Shown piece by piece: positions 13,621 through 27,045 of a DNA stretch of 64,000 nt. Position numbers and translations under genes: made by a program. A model generated the notes under the pieces. The model saw only the letters and a list, made by a program, of their open reading frames with translations, had not been told where the DNA came from and did no database searches. This DNA is from Catajapyx aquilonaris. Taxonomy: Eukaryota. The stretch lies in the NCBI GenBank assembly GCA_000934665.2, contig JYFJ02000840.1:1-64000 (forward strand). The letters are read 5' to 3'. Each line of letters starts with the position of its first letter. Position 1 is the stretch's first letter.

Positions 13621-15050
13621 TACATACATAACGTGACTTAGTAATAAGAAGATTTCTCTGCAGAAACCTTGAGAATTCATAGACAATAGCGCAGATTTGT
13701 CAGCTGGGGTTGGGCATTTCCAACTGCTTGTGAGGCAAGCAATAAAGTTAGATTTGTCTCCGAGTGATGCTGACAATGAGTTGATTATCGCAGCCTAATT
13801 TACGATCCTCTTCGCCTGACAACCCGGGTCAATAAAGTAATTTGCTGAGCTGCCTTTCGGACTATACTAGTATCGATGGCATCCCGGGTTGGCTTCTCTT
13901 GCGCTTCATGCCACGCATCATGCTCTTTCTTATTAGTCTTTAAGTTATTTCAGGAACAAGCAGGCGTCAGATTCGCCCTCTTTCTTCCCCCAGAGATAAC
14001 ACTGAACGCCTTTGCGATACTTTTCATTGGATGTCAAGATAGCGAGTTTCTTCCCACAATCTTGGTTTATTGTTCTGTACTTGAAGCACTTCCACCATCT
14101 TCGTGCTCTGCTATCTGGAGAATTATTGATTATTCTTAGTCTATGAAATAGATGAACGGCCTAATAAAAATGCATCTATAGCTATGCACCATGCTTTAGG
14201 CTACAATATTAGTGCTGATAAAAGAGAGCAGAGCAGCATAGAGAATCTGTTGCACAGTGTCTATACCAACGAAACCTAATAAGACTGTCGAGCGTTAATT
14301 TTGTACAGCATATTCATGCACGACTTTGTAGATTCCCAGAGGTTCCTGACTCGATTAGCTTACAGACATCAGAGCTTCAGAAACGGTGTATTAAGCAAGA
14401 ATTAATAGGCGACGTCCATGCAGCTTTCCGCATTTAATCACCTATTATTATCATTACTGAGACGGTCATTCACAGAGTCTTAGCTACAAGCCGCAACTAC
14501 TCGAGAGAGTTGCTCTAATTAACGTGCATCCTAATTCGGAGTGTTTAGTAAGGGCGTGCAGCTCTCTGAAATCCTCCCAAATCATGGCACGAACTCACTT
14601 TTAATTACAGTATTCTATTCTACCTCCCGCGCTGCCTATCAAAAAACTGTTTAGGCCAAACATTATCCTGGACTGCACACAACCATCAGAACTTCAGAAA
14701 AGTGGTGTTTACTATGCCAACATTTACCCTGCCAGCACGTTGTCGGTTATTTTTGACATATCATGTTTCGCGTGCCGTCCTATACATCAGTGCTGGCATG
14801 AATATTTCAGGTCTTTCTCTAACAATATTTCCTTTCACAACAACACTACCATGTGCCTTCCAGCTGACACACACCCTGCAAGCTTACTGCAAGCAGTAGA
14901 TTCTGTCGCCTACACGCAGTACTTTGGCTTCCTATCCTGTCACGCTACAAGCTCTAGGGTACTATTTTGCACTGTATAAAACGACGTGCTTAATATTCCC
15001 CTCCCTTTTGTGCCTCCCCCCCCCCTTCCCCCTGGATCTGATATTTGCAG

Positions 15051-15428
15051 GTAAAGCGCTTCCGGATGGAAACAAAGGCAGCCAAGACGCTGGGGATAAT
15101 CGTGGGCGGATTCATCGTGTGCTGGCTGCCCTTCTTCACCATCTACGTGATCCGGGCCTTTTGCCCCGAGTGCATCTCCCCTCTTCTCTTCTCTGTCTTC
15201 TTCTGGTTGGGCTACTGCAACTCGGCGCTCAACCCTTGTATCTACGCCCTATTCAGCAAGGACTTCCGCTTCGCCTTCAAGAAGCTGTTGTGTGGCAGTT
15301 GCAAGCGTCGCCGTCGACTACCCCCTACCCCCATTCCCAACCCTCCCATCTACCTCAGCTCCCTAGGAGACGACAGCGAGGGCACCAATGACCAAGGATC
15401 AGATTCCAGGTGCGTACCTACACCATGA
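15051..15428 (+). CDS. Oamb: Alpha-adrenergic-like octopamine receptor (OAMB/OA1-type class A GPCR), 3' coding exon: end of ICL3, TM6, TM7, helix 8, C-tail
   Basis: Phase-0 acceptor (tttgcag|) after a pyrimidine tract. Translation VKRFRMETKAAKTLGIIVGGFIVCWLPFF...WLGYCNSALNPCIYALFSKDFRFAFKK contains CWxPFF and NPxIY and the RFRMETKAAKT signature of OAMB-like receptors. TM1-TM5 exons were not found, so they probably lie upstream of base 1. Confidence 0.92.
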   Translation, partial: VKRFRMETKAAKTLGIIVGGFIVCWLPFFTIYVIRAFCPECISPLLFSVFFWLGYCNSALNPCIYALFSKDFRFAFKKLLCGSCKRRRRLPPTPIPNPPIYLSSLGDDSEGTNDQGSDSRCVPTP

Positions 15429-18400
15429 TGCACGTAGAGGCTGGAATTGACAAGTTGATTCCGGCAGATGACACATGCTTGACAACAGGCTGATGCCACC
15501 TACATCACCGACGGTTCGTTCCGTTGGACGTCGGAGACGCCAACTGCAGAAGCAGCAGAAGCAGCAGCAGCAACAACAACAGGAGCAGTCCGAGCAACAT
15601 CAGGACGAAGGTGGTGGTCCTTCGTTGTCTGCTACTCATTCCAGCAGGAGTCCCAGCCCCAGCAGGTCTCGGCCAGTGGCAGCAGCGGAATGCAAGTGCT
15701 CTTCCCCGTTCGGTCGCGCTTGGGATGGACGAGAGGGGTCTCCAGGGGAACTCAGAAACTTGGTGCAGCACTAGTTGAATAATAACTAGAGGCTAACTCG
15801 TGTTGGACTGATTGTCTGCCCCACCCCGTGCATGTACTGCTGGAGGATGGGACAGGCTGTCGTGGCTTCGTCGCTAGCTCGCCTGTCGCAGCGTCCTTCA
15901 CAGTATATGAAAGTCAGACGGTATTTACGCATTCTGCAGGTTTTTCATGCTCTTTTTAACAAACAAACAAAACATTACAATACAAATTCTTAACTTGTAA
16001 GCTCCATCTTTTCGTACTTCAGCAGGCGGTACAGTACACAACGGGTGAAAGGGCCTCAGACTGGGTACCGTACAATGTTTCCTGACGAAAAGTGGACCAC
16101 TTTTTTGAACTTTTGCGCAAAGGTATTCTCCCGCTCAACTGTAGAAGCAGCAGCCAGTAACGTAATGTACCGTGCTACTCGTTTTGGAAAAATTAGACAC
16201 CTCGAGAGTAGCCTGCGTAGTAAAACGCGTTGTCGAGATAATATTGTAAGCTGGCTCGTGACAAAATTTTTGTGGGACGGTTCCATTAGGTGGGACTGTC
16301 CCTATACCAAAATCGTCCAATAACGCGGGTGTCCAGTATTGTTCAGATAAAGCAGACCATGCGCAGCAACTTAGACATTGCTTTCCAAGCAATGCTTTGT
16401 GGGACTTTTTTTTTGTTTAACACTTACATAATAATATTGTTCACTAACCAAAACGGAGAGAGATCTCTGAAGCGCCCTGTTGTTCAAGTGTAACTTCTTG
16501 CAAAAATGTTGTATACTGCAACAAAAAGCTACAAATAAACATTGGTGACATGAAAAGTTAAGTACAATTGCAAAATTTCTTGCCGCTCAAATTTTTCGAG
16601 GTAGACAGCAATTAAATACAGAGGTCCCACTGCCACAACTTAAGACAAGGCCCCCAAACTCTCAACAGCAAGTTACCAACTCCGCCCAAGAAGAACCGTG
16701 GGCACTACTCTGCATTAGTTGCTCCGATGTGCACAATGTACTGTGTAGTGAATCGTGTAACGTACAGCATTAAGCACCGCCAGGATGGGATGACGGAATA
16801 TCCCATATGAAAACAATTACTAACCATTACAGGTCAAACTAGTGCCATGACAAGCGCTATTTTTGCTGAGCAGGCTTCATTTATTTTGCAGAAGAAAAAA
16901 AAGTGACTTTGGATACATTCACGCACAAGTATTTTTTTTCGGTTGTTGTTGTTGTTGTTGTCGCCGGCTACGTAAGTGAGAAAAATATCTGGCCGCTTAG
17001 TGACAAAACTGATAGTGTGTAAGGAACTGTTGCAGTGAGCGCGACTAATATTTGCAGAGATATGATGGGAGACTTGGACTGGATTATGTTTTGGGCAAGA
17101 ATGGCAAGTACAAATGATGCGTATAGGAGATTTTCAAAATAAGCATGTTTTGATAAGATGAGCCAAGGATTTGCCAGTTTCAATAGAACGTCATTTAACG
17201 ACTAGATTATATAAGTTGGCTGAGAAATTTTGTAAATCTAACTGGTATTTCTAGACTCTATAAAGGCGCTTGACAAAGACTATATACGTTACGTGGGATA
17301 GCTTACATTGTGATTCCATATAGCAAGGCACTCTGCCCACTTAACTCTGCTTAAATCCTTGGCTCATAACATAAAATGATTATTTAAAAAAAATACATCC
17401 CAACCATACTATATAGGGACAGTACATTACGAGTCCTGTACGTGTATTATAACTATATACTGTACTACTTACTATGTGGGGGAAAAATCGCTTAGGCCAT
17501 GCCACACCACAAAACTCGTATGTGATTCCTTCCGGCTGGACTGAGTGAGTATAAACTGGTGATAAATAAACAGTCGTTTGTGTGCTGATCAGGCTTTGAT
17601 TAAGTGGCTTAGACCACGTCTCTTCCCCCACAAAAAAAAAACCCTGACCCAACTTTCCACCTTGAACCCATGCAAAACCCGTGGCCCAGCGATTCATCAC
17701 CTGCTGGGCTGGGTTGCGTGACACCCACACCGTACACGGTTGGAAATAGATGACGTATTACTCATGCTACGCTTGGTTATCTAGCTAACCGACACGGCTC
17801 TATTTCGGGCCGGTCCCCCTTCAAGCTACTTATCTCGAGTGACCTTTCAGGCCCTCTTTTTTCACTCCTTAACCCCACCTCTCTCGACAGTTTCTTCCAC
17901 TCTGTAGGGGGCAATTTCTCCCATAGCCGACTGAATCGAACTTCTTGTGAGGAATCGGACCAACAAGCATGGTAGCTGTTTAGAGCTTCTGTAGAAAAGT
18001 ATTGGCTGGCAGGAACGGTTATGGCGACACTCAACTGTGACCGTTCCAGAGGGCCTCCCAAATTTCCATTCCCGTCTCTACAGGTTCAAGCAGGAATTTG
18101 TCCCTAGACGTCAGCGAGCCTAAATCCTACCGCCATTTTCTCTCCTCCACCTTCTTTTTTGGGGGGGAGAGCAACATTAGGCAGTTGGCCAACTTGGGAA
18201 GGTAACCTGGTGATCCTCCTTTTCCAGGCCCATAAATCGGGTGGCCCTCCTGCCAACCCCTTCCCGCCTTCCAGCCTTAACCTAACACATCCACTTTCCA
18301 TTCCATTCCGAGGCTCAGGGATGAATTCTCCCATATATGTAGGTAGGGGGACTATCCATCACTGGCATGACACTCACAGCCAAAGCGCCTAGAGGGGGTA

Positions 18401-21400
18401 CACAGAGAGAAAATGTGGCTTGTTTTGATTTGGTTTTTGACGTGGGCTCAGACTTTTGCCGAAAATATCGCCACACCCACCACAGGAGGCTACGTCGCTA
18501 CTGTTGCTACATCGCGTGACTCCAATTTATGTTCTTTGCACTCAATCTAATTACAGTCGTGGCACGTATCTCACACTTTATTCTGATGGAAGATGAATGT
18601 TTGTTGGCCCAACTCGCGGCGGGAAGCAACGCTCCAATTTTTAAAAGGGCTCTATGTAACAGAGGGTAAACATGGTGGTAGCGTTGTAATTCTCTAGAAA
18701 AAAAAATATAAGGAGAAAAAAAATCGATGGGGATATAAGTAAAATGTCATTCGGCAATGTAAAAGGAGCTGCATCGAGATACTAGAAGAAAATGAGAAAC
18801 TTAATTCCGTTCTACGGGAAAGAGGGATGGGATTCAAAGCTTGATCCGAAACCTCAGGTTTTGACCTTAGGCGATCCATTGCTTGATGTAGTCATCGATT
18901 GGGCAGGAAAAGGATGAAAGTAGAACAGCGGATTGAGGCAGGGGGAAAACTGAATGGTGGAATTAGAGAGAGGCTTTTTGTTCGAAAATCCAAGGCTGCC
19001 GAAAAGCTTCAAATCCAAACTTTATCGCCGCAGCTACTTAATGTGCGGGCCTGAGCTAATTAAAAGTTATAACTTTGTTAATTTCCTAGACGTAAATATA
19101 GTGAGGAGTCCATCAATGGGACGCCTGATTCGAGTCCTCCAAAGATCTGTAGGGGGCGCCTTCTATTCACTCAGGGTGGTGGATCTTTGGTATAATTTGG
19201 GGGGAAATCACTGAATGGCGGCCACTTAACTTGGCCGACACTTGTGGGCGTGACATGAGGACGCCCGAAGCAGGCTCTCATGAGCCCCTTCGGTAGCCAC
19301 CCTCCCCCGAGGTAAGCCCCACTGCCACCAACCTTTTCATTACCTTGTCTGCTCAACGATCGCCACTCCACACGAAAACCTTACCTTGACCTAGTCTTAC
19401 ACCAACTCGACCTCCTTGCAGCAGCACTCTCCATCGCAGGTCAGTGATTGAAAAAAAACATTTAACTAATAATTTTTATTAACATTATTAGTTTGTACAG
19501 TAGTAACCTTTAAATCGATACAGTACGATGATTCCCCTTCAGATCAGGACCGTGATCTCTGTGAGTGTATACCAGCCAGCATCATCTGTATGTACTGTAT
19601 GGTGCAGTTCGAGTGGTACATAACCAAACAGGGCGCGCATGACAATGTAGGTTTCAAGTTACACCTGAAACACTCAGAGGAGCGCAGAATTCGAGCTTTT
19701 GCCTTTGCCAGAATCCAATTTCCATCTGTTTGTTCCATTCAAAGATGATGTGAGAGCGGTATAGTGTTGGAGTCACAAAGCTGGCGGAAGTTTCGCTGGA
19801 AGCTGTCACCGGTCACCAAACACCCTGACCATTTGTTACAGTGCAGACCCTTTCAGAATCGGTTGCAATGCATCTGTTCTAGTTGACGTATTGAACATTT
19901 GGTTTTAAAAAAGAAGAGTTGGCGAAAAGGCAGAGACCCAAATGATCAGACAGTTCCCCTTTTCTTCCCACTCTTCTCCTTCAACCCAAATCCTACCAGA
20001 AAGGGTAGAAACCTTGGGAGTTATATTGATTAAACCCAAACTCATCGACTCACGCCCGCTTTAGTCTTGGCCGCTTCAGAAGACACCTGCAGGGATGCAA
20101 AATTCCGCATTCTTTCCTCTTTGGACAAATTGCATGATCTAAAGCGGAAGACTCTCGCCCTGCTGCACAGCTCTTACATGGTTTCCTCGCCGGGGGTGTC
20201 CAAACAATCAGCACCGCATGCGGGCCCCTAATTCCTAATCCTATCATTATTCATCTCTATAGAATATTGGTTTCTCATTAAAGCCCCCGTAGCGTTAATT
20301 TTTGATTGTGATGAGACTTCTTCAGCAGCTGTGCTGGTATTAATTAAGGCCCTTAACATAATATCTACCCCGGAAGGATCTTGCAGGTAACCATCGTCCA
20401 GTCTGGATGAGTAATAGAGCAAGGGATACCTTCTAAAGAGATAAGGCGGGTACACGTATTCCCACCCGGGATTGGTTGGTCGGTCGGTCTGTCTGTCGGT
20501 CTGTCGGATGGTTGGATGGTCGGTTTCTTTCTTCCTGGGAAGTAGAGAAGAGGAGGAGGAGGAGGTTCGCCGGGGTTTTATCGATCCAGGTGGCTGAGGA
20601 CGTCATCTTGCCAGGATTTTACGGGCAGGTGGCTTTCGCCCCACCCTTCGCCAGACCCCCTCTATCCCACCCACAGCAACAACCCCCCACCCCCACCCAC
20701 CCCCCNCCATGCCCGCCCACACACCCCAGCTACGTCCTCTCCGCTTCCAAAACCAGTCCCCCCAAATTCAAACTTCAAAGAGTTAGTCAGGCGGCAGGTA
20801 AGGCACAATCCCTTCGCAAACTGCTACGACCCTAACCAACCAACATTCATCTTCCATTTTCACACATTTGTAATTGCATATGTTTGCTCACGGCAGGGCG
20901 TAAGTTTAATCAGGATCGCAGGAAGCATGTAATCCAATCGTAGGAAGGAAGCACTCCTGTGAATTTATGACTCGGATTAAACCATCAGCAAAGGTGCAGA
21001 TTATTCTTTCAACAGGAACACTCACTGCAGACATTAACGTTTGGTCACCTCGTCGTGTACAATAAATATGAGCCATATTCCATCATTTATGTACTATGCC
21101 CACCTATAAGATGTGTCTCGACGTTTCTGCCGACAGTTTCGAATTCCTGCCGACAGTTTCGAACTCGCCCAAAACCTGAGAAAAAGCGCGGCAGACTGCC
21201 TCTCACCTGTTGAGCAAGGCTATGAGCGCAGCGCCTCATGCCAGACATTAAAAATACTCCACTTTCGTCAATGCGACGCCAGCAGTGCAGCATTTTCACA
21301 CTTTCCACATTCAGGTGGGCGGAATGTACACGCAGCGGTGAACCACAGAAACGTCTGTCACCACTTGAACTAGTTACCGATGAAATCTACAGATTACAGT

Positions 21401-22397
21401 GTCAAAATATTGGTTGGCCAAATCCCCAGGCACTATCTGAAGCCTGAAGTGCAGTTTGTTTTGCAGTTTTGAGACTCTTCTATCCCTAAAGAAATACGAG
21501 ATTGAATCTGAGCAAACTGTGCTAGAAGGATAAGAAGAGAACAAGGCTGAAGGAGTGAGAGGGGATTGGAACAGAAGCATTCAGCCTCAGGAAAAGAAGG
21601 TCATTGTAGCCGCGGATATCGACTGTATACACTGAACATGTTTCGCCAACACTGGTGCTTCCATGATTTTCATCCTGATTAGATGCGTGACCCAAAAGCC
21701 TCCCTTGTCCACCACGCTGCAGAGTTGCCAGGGGCCTGCTTATCCCTCTCGCCTGCCTAACTAAAGCCAGTGAGTTTGATCCGGGCTGCCTGGGACACCG
21801 AGGAAGACTTTTTAGACCAGTTTTCCCTCACCAAGCCCGGAGGGACAGAATCTTTCAGGCGAAAGGGGTCCTCTATGATGATTTGGAAGGACACACCTCT
21901 GTGCCTCCAGGGGTATAATACTGTGTGTCATCTTCTTCCTGCTCTTTCTACAGGGTTTCCATGAGCTACATACATGTCGAGTGAAATGTACTGTATTAAT
22001 ACGTTCCGGGCTAAATTAAAGAGTGCAATATTACTCTGTCCTTTCCATAAGTAGAGTGGGGTTATTATTGCAACTCATTGCCTTGCGACGACTCAGCCGT
22101 CGTTGATACCTATTTCTTTATTTTCAAATCTCACTGGGTGGAATTCCGCATAGCAAAATGTAGGCCACAGCGAGCAGAGCAACCTGCATCCCATAAATGA
22201 CGTCGTAATTATGAACACGCAACACCAGTGGGATTGGGCTAAGCAAGGTTTTGCGCTGTTGCGTATCCACATTTTTCTTGCCTAACTTCGACTTGTTGTT
22301 GCGCGGACAAATCGCGCTGAATATTCGGGGCCTTGAAAGTAGTCCACAAGGTCGAGTGTACTTAAGGGATCAAACTGTGCTCTTTGAAGCTCAACCC

Positions 22398-22398
<1 letters not shown>

Positions 22399-22444
<46 letters not shown>
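22399..22444. repeat. (AG)23 microsatellite
   Basis: Perfect dinucleotide run. Confidence 0.97.
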
Positions 22445-22445
<1 letters not shown>

Positions 22446-23106
22446 AATCTGGCATTAAGGGTAAGTTTGTATCAAATAGTTCTGTGCTACTGCTCTGAGG
22501 CTGAGGAATGAGCATACTGTACTGCAATCGATATTATACAAAGTTATTTCATATATTCCGTACAGCTCCATTAAGCACGTCAAGCATGGAGAACTTGAAC
22601 TGTAACGCCCACGCGCTCCGGGAATTAAAAACTTGGCCCACGTCCTCAATTCGACAGCAGTACAAATGTGGGATCCATAAGCACAAAATGTCAGAATGTT
22701 AAAGTATTACGTGACCTTTATTCATGAGTTTGAAATACAGTACTCTGTAAAAACAAAGCCCGGAAATTTTTGTACAACGTGGGCGTTAACGGGTTGCGAG
22801 AAAAAAAAACACTCAGGAAATACCTGCCCTGTGTTGGTGTTGCTGATGACAGGCACCCGGTTTCAAATCGATCCTGTGTGCCCACTACATGCATTTGAAG
22901 GCACTGCAAAGTCCCCACGACACTTATTGCAACCGCAGCAATGGACATGGACACACATATCGCCTCGTTTCGCGTGGTTGTAATGTGGTTGCCAGCCCGG
23001 TTCAATTTGGTTCTACAATATTAGTGCTCAGGGGGTTTAAAAGGATCCGACCAGTTATTACTACACACTATGGACAGGTTGGGCGAATGTGAAATAAATC
23101 ACTCAT

Positions 23107-23311
23107 CTGAATTCTGGCCCCTGATACTAGGCATCCTACTCATGGATGGCTGAGAGGTTACCCTGAACAGTCAGGATATTCCAGGGTAACCTCTCAGCCA
23201 TCCACACGCAGCAGGATGCCTAGTATCAGGGGCCAAAATTCAGCCCCTGATGCTATAGCTTCCTGTTGTGCATGTATGGCTGAAAAGTTGTCCTGAATAG
23301 TCAGGATGTTC
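23107..23311. repeat. Three copies of a ~60-75 bp unit in forward/reverse/forward orientation (long hairpin plus a degenerate third copy)
   Basis: 23107-23165 is reverse-complementary to 23182-23243, with one mismatched/indel patch and one substitution. 23237-23311 is a diverged direct copy of 23110-23181. Confidence 0.9.
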
Positions 23312-26300
23312 ACATTCAACTGCCGGTTCCGACTGCCAATAATAATGAGCATCACGTTGTGCTACCTCCTACCTGACATTCCTATTATTAATAAGGCAAC
23401 CCCCTTCTATTATTGCGGCTCACCGCACCCACCGACCTTTTCCATACCTTCCTCACCAGCTATAATAAAGCGCTCGGTCTTGTCATGTAGATTCAGAGCG
23501 AAATGAATGTTGACAGTGACAAGTATATAGGTGCGAAGCGTCGCGTGCAGAATTCCTGCTGACTGCGACACCCGACATTCATCGGAAGTAATCCGGGTGA
23601 GGCGGGAGATGTGGGGAGAGGCGGAGAAGGGGGGGGGGGGATGGCACTTTTTGAGCTTCTGTCGCCCGAGGTGAAGAAGGAAGTCGGGAGTAGTCGCAGG
23701 GTCCTCTGCTGGGATGGGGGGAGTAGGGTGGGTGGGATTCGGGTGGTGGTAAAGAGCACCCTCCCACCATCTCTCCACCATCCCACCCTCTTTTCCCAGC
23801 ATGCTTTTCCGCAGGCCTGGCCAAATAAAGCGCGAGGGGAATTCCGGGAAGCAGAGCCCCACCCGGGAGCAAATTAGATTTAGCATAGGGAAGAGCAGCT
23901 GTATCGCGTCTCAAAGAGAGTCTTGGATTTTCCCTCCCTGCTCCCATCCCTACCCCACTTGCCCCACAAAACTTGGGGAGTGAGTGCCCCTCCCCAAACC
24001 TAAACTTGGGGAGTAGTTTCTCAGGCGGCAATTAGGACCAGGAAGGGCTTACAGATGGGAAGCGAGGAAGGAAGAAGAAGAAAAAGAAAGGACGATGCTT
24101 TCTATTTCCGCCATTTTTCCAGCAGTTCCCGGAATTTCCTGTATTACGTGCTCTTGGACTTCTGATCCGGCCAATGAGCATATGCGGGCCTATCAAATGG
24201 TCGCAAAAGAGAAACGCTAGTGCAGTTGCATTCTCTTTGCAAGTGACTCGTGCGATCTCAGCCAGAGGCCATTCCCCAAAGAGCAGTAATTCCAAGGAAT
24301 AACTAGAGGGCGGAGAGCCTTTGTTTGCCTCCATCCCTCCCCATCCCTGCAACCCCTCCCCTGCCCCTCCAACATTTATTCTCCGGCCCCCGCCCCTCTT
24401 CCTCCCACTCAAGGCTAACGAACAGGGAAAGGTACTAAGAGTCGTTCAAGGGGAAGAAATGCAAAAGACGAGACCATGAATATGCAGCACCTTTTTTTCC
24501 AACTGGCCAAGAAGGAATGAAGAAGGCATAAAAGATGGCGTTACCGACGTTACCAGATCAAACCAGCCAGGCGAAAAACATCCTGGGCATGCACCGGCAG
24601 TCTCAGGAGGTAGAAAATATTTTCTGGCCTCAAGGTGTTGTATGCATAAAATATTGCACCTCTGAAAACATTGTATTTGGCATGAAAGGCAGAATTTAAA
24701 AACATTTCCTATACTTGAATATTTTAACACGTGGCAAACTGATGGTACTAAATTTTGCATTAAAATACTGTGTAAGTATTACGCTCGAGCATTTGCGAGA
24801 AATTAATTTTATTGCAAAACTTAATTGTTTTGTTGGCACAATATTGTACCGTTCCTAATTTACAGGTTACCTTAATATTTTTCCATTCCACATATTGACA
24901 TTTTATACATCGTTAACAGTTAGTTGCGACAGACTTGCTGGACACATTCACATATTCCTGGATTCAGCAGAACTACATAGGGGAGAAGCCATGATCCAAC
25001 ATACTGTACATCCGGCAGTAAACTTTTTTACTCAATTTGTGAGAGTCCCACGATACTCTTGCTAACTTCTACGGACAGACAAGAAGTGAAAAAAAGGACA
25101 TGGAAAAAATGGGGCAGATCGAACGAAAGCAGGCGAGGAACGCTGAGCACGTTCCCACTTCCAATACCTGCAAGTCCTACCTAACAAACCTTCCCTCCCC
25201 CCTCTTTCCCTTCCTTCCTCTCCTCCTCTCTCTCCCTATCCACCTTCCTCTCTCTGGAACCCCCATCTATATACCCTCGAGGAATTAATGTCACCTGAGT
25301 AACTGCTGCCTGTACTTCGTTGTTTTCTACAGATTGTGGTGGTGGGGGATATACAGTACATAGTGTGTACCTACTGTAGCTTAAAATGTAAGCGGGTGTC
25401 ATTCAACATTTACAGTAAAAAGCCAATGTAACAGTCCGTGCGAGCGATTGGAATACATTGCCAAACGCACATGTTTACTCAATGACTCATGTAATAATTA
25501 ACAACAAAAATTCCTCAACATGATAAATCACTGAGAAATGACAACATAACTATTATGCGTAGGTTCGGATTTTTTAAACTTTCGCATAAATCTAGAGTAG
25601 TTCCTTATACTAGACGTAACAATGGAACTATATTGTTGTGTCGTTGCTGTTGAGTCTAGAAGATGGTTCTAAATTTAGCTGTAAGACGAAACACCTAAAC
25701 AATATTACTGATTTAAGGCACTGACCAGCAAATTCAACTAAGTTATTCAAGTTTATAAGTTTGCCTATCACTTGCAAAATACACCCTGAAGGCACTTTTC
25801 TATATGCATGTTGTGCAATAATGTTACGAGGGTTTGTAATTTTGTTTAAATATTTTCACTATATTTCCTAAAAAGGTTATAGTCGGTGCAAAATTATGCT
25901 GGAATCATAATTGAGCATATGAATGCAATATTTAGGTAACTGCAATAGTGGCTTTTTGAATAGATTCAAGTTTTTAAATTTAACGGTAACATTAAGCGAA
26001 ATGAAATCATCAGTTACATTTATTTTGTAATTATTCTAAAAAAATCTTATCCACTAGCAAATGCAACAAATATTTGCATAGTTCTCAAACCTAAATAAAG
26101 CATTGTGTAACTCTGTATTTTTTGCCTATTTTTACGGAGATACGGTTATGAAAGCAAGCAGAGTCAAAATTAATCAATGTGCATGTTATTACGTGCATGA
26201 AAATATTGACGTACAGTACAGTACAGTACCCTCCTGGAAAGTACAATGTGGTGGTAGTATCCATTATTTTCGTTCCATATGAAAGTCCCACTCGGCGTGT

Positions 26301-26985
26301 AGCAGAGATTATTGTAGCCTTCTTATTATTTCCATTTTGATATCTACTGTACATGTACATAAATTGCAACAAAAATTGAGTTAAAATAATTATGGTGAAC
26401 ATGATGCAGTAAAAAAATTCCACAATTTTCCACCACAATAGGTTGGTTCTACAACTGGTTTCCCAACTGAAGCAGCCACCAGCACATAGCACACACCCCT
26501 CCCCTCCATATCTCCCCGATCCTCGTCGTCCCTTCCCCCCCTTCCTTTTTTTTGACGGGATGGGAGCCTAACTCTATACGGGAGATGGAGCGTGTTCTCT
26601 GTGCGTACCAATCCTTTTTCCACACAACATAACTATATCTAAGTAAATTCATTTATTTAGTTTTTGCATCCAACCGTTCAATGCTGTTTTACCTTTCACT
26701 GTACATTAGAACTACTTAACGTTCTACAGTAAAATAAAATCAGGCTCTTTTAAACCTTCACCACCATATGAACCTAAGGCAAGCCGGGACCAGTTGCATG
26801 TTTTTGCCTTGACCGGCAAAAATATGGCCTTTATAGTCCATTTGCAGAATCAAAGGCAGAAAATCAAAGCATTTTATGCATAGGTCTTTCATTAGTACGA
26901 ATGGGAGGTGTGAGAGAGCGACATTGCATCAACGGGGTGTTTGCACACTAAAAGGAACGTGTTTACATCTTGAGCACTTGCATAA

Positions 26986-27045
26986 TCAAATTTTTATAAG
27001 AGATGGATGGGGTGCGAACCCCTTCCATCTCTTATAAAAATTTGA
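26986..27045. repeat. Near-perfect 28-bp inverted repeat with a 4-nt loop
   Basis: TCAAATTTTTATAAGAGATGGATGGGGT-GCGA-ACCCCTTCCATCTCTTATAAAAATTTGA, one mismatch. Confidence 0.93.

Noticed and set aside
18073..18085. 13-nt match to the recalled miR-993 3' arm
   Set aside because: The seed end does not match and there is no supporting hairpin.
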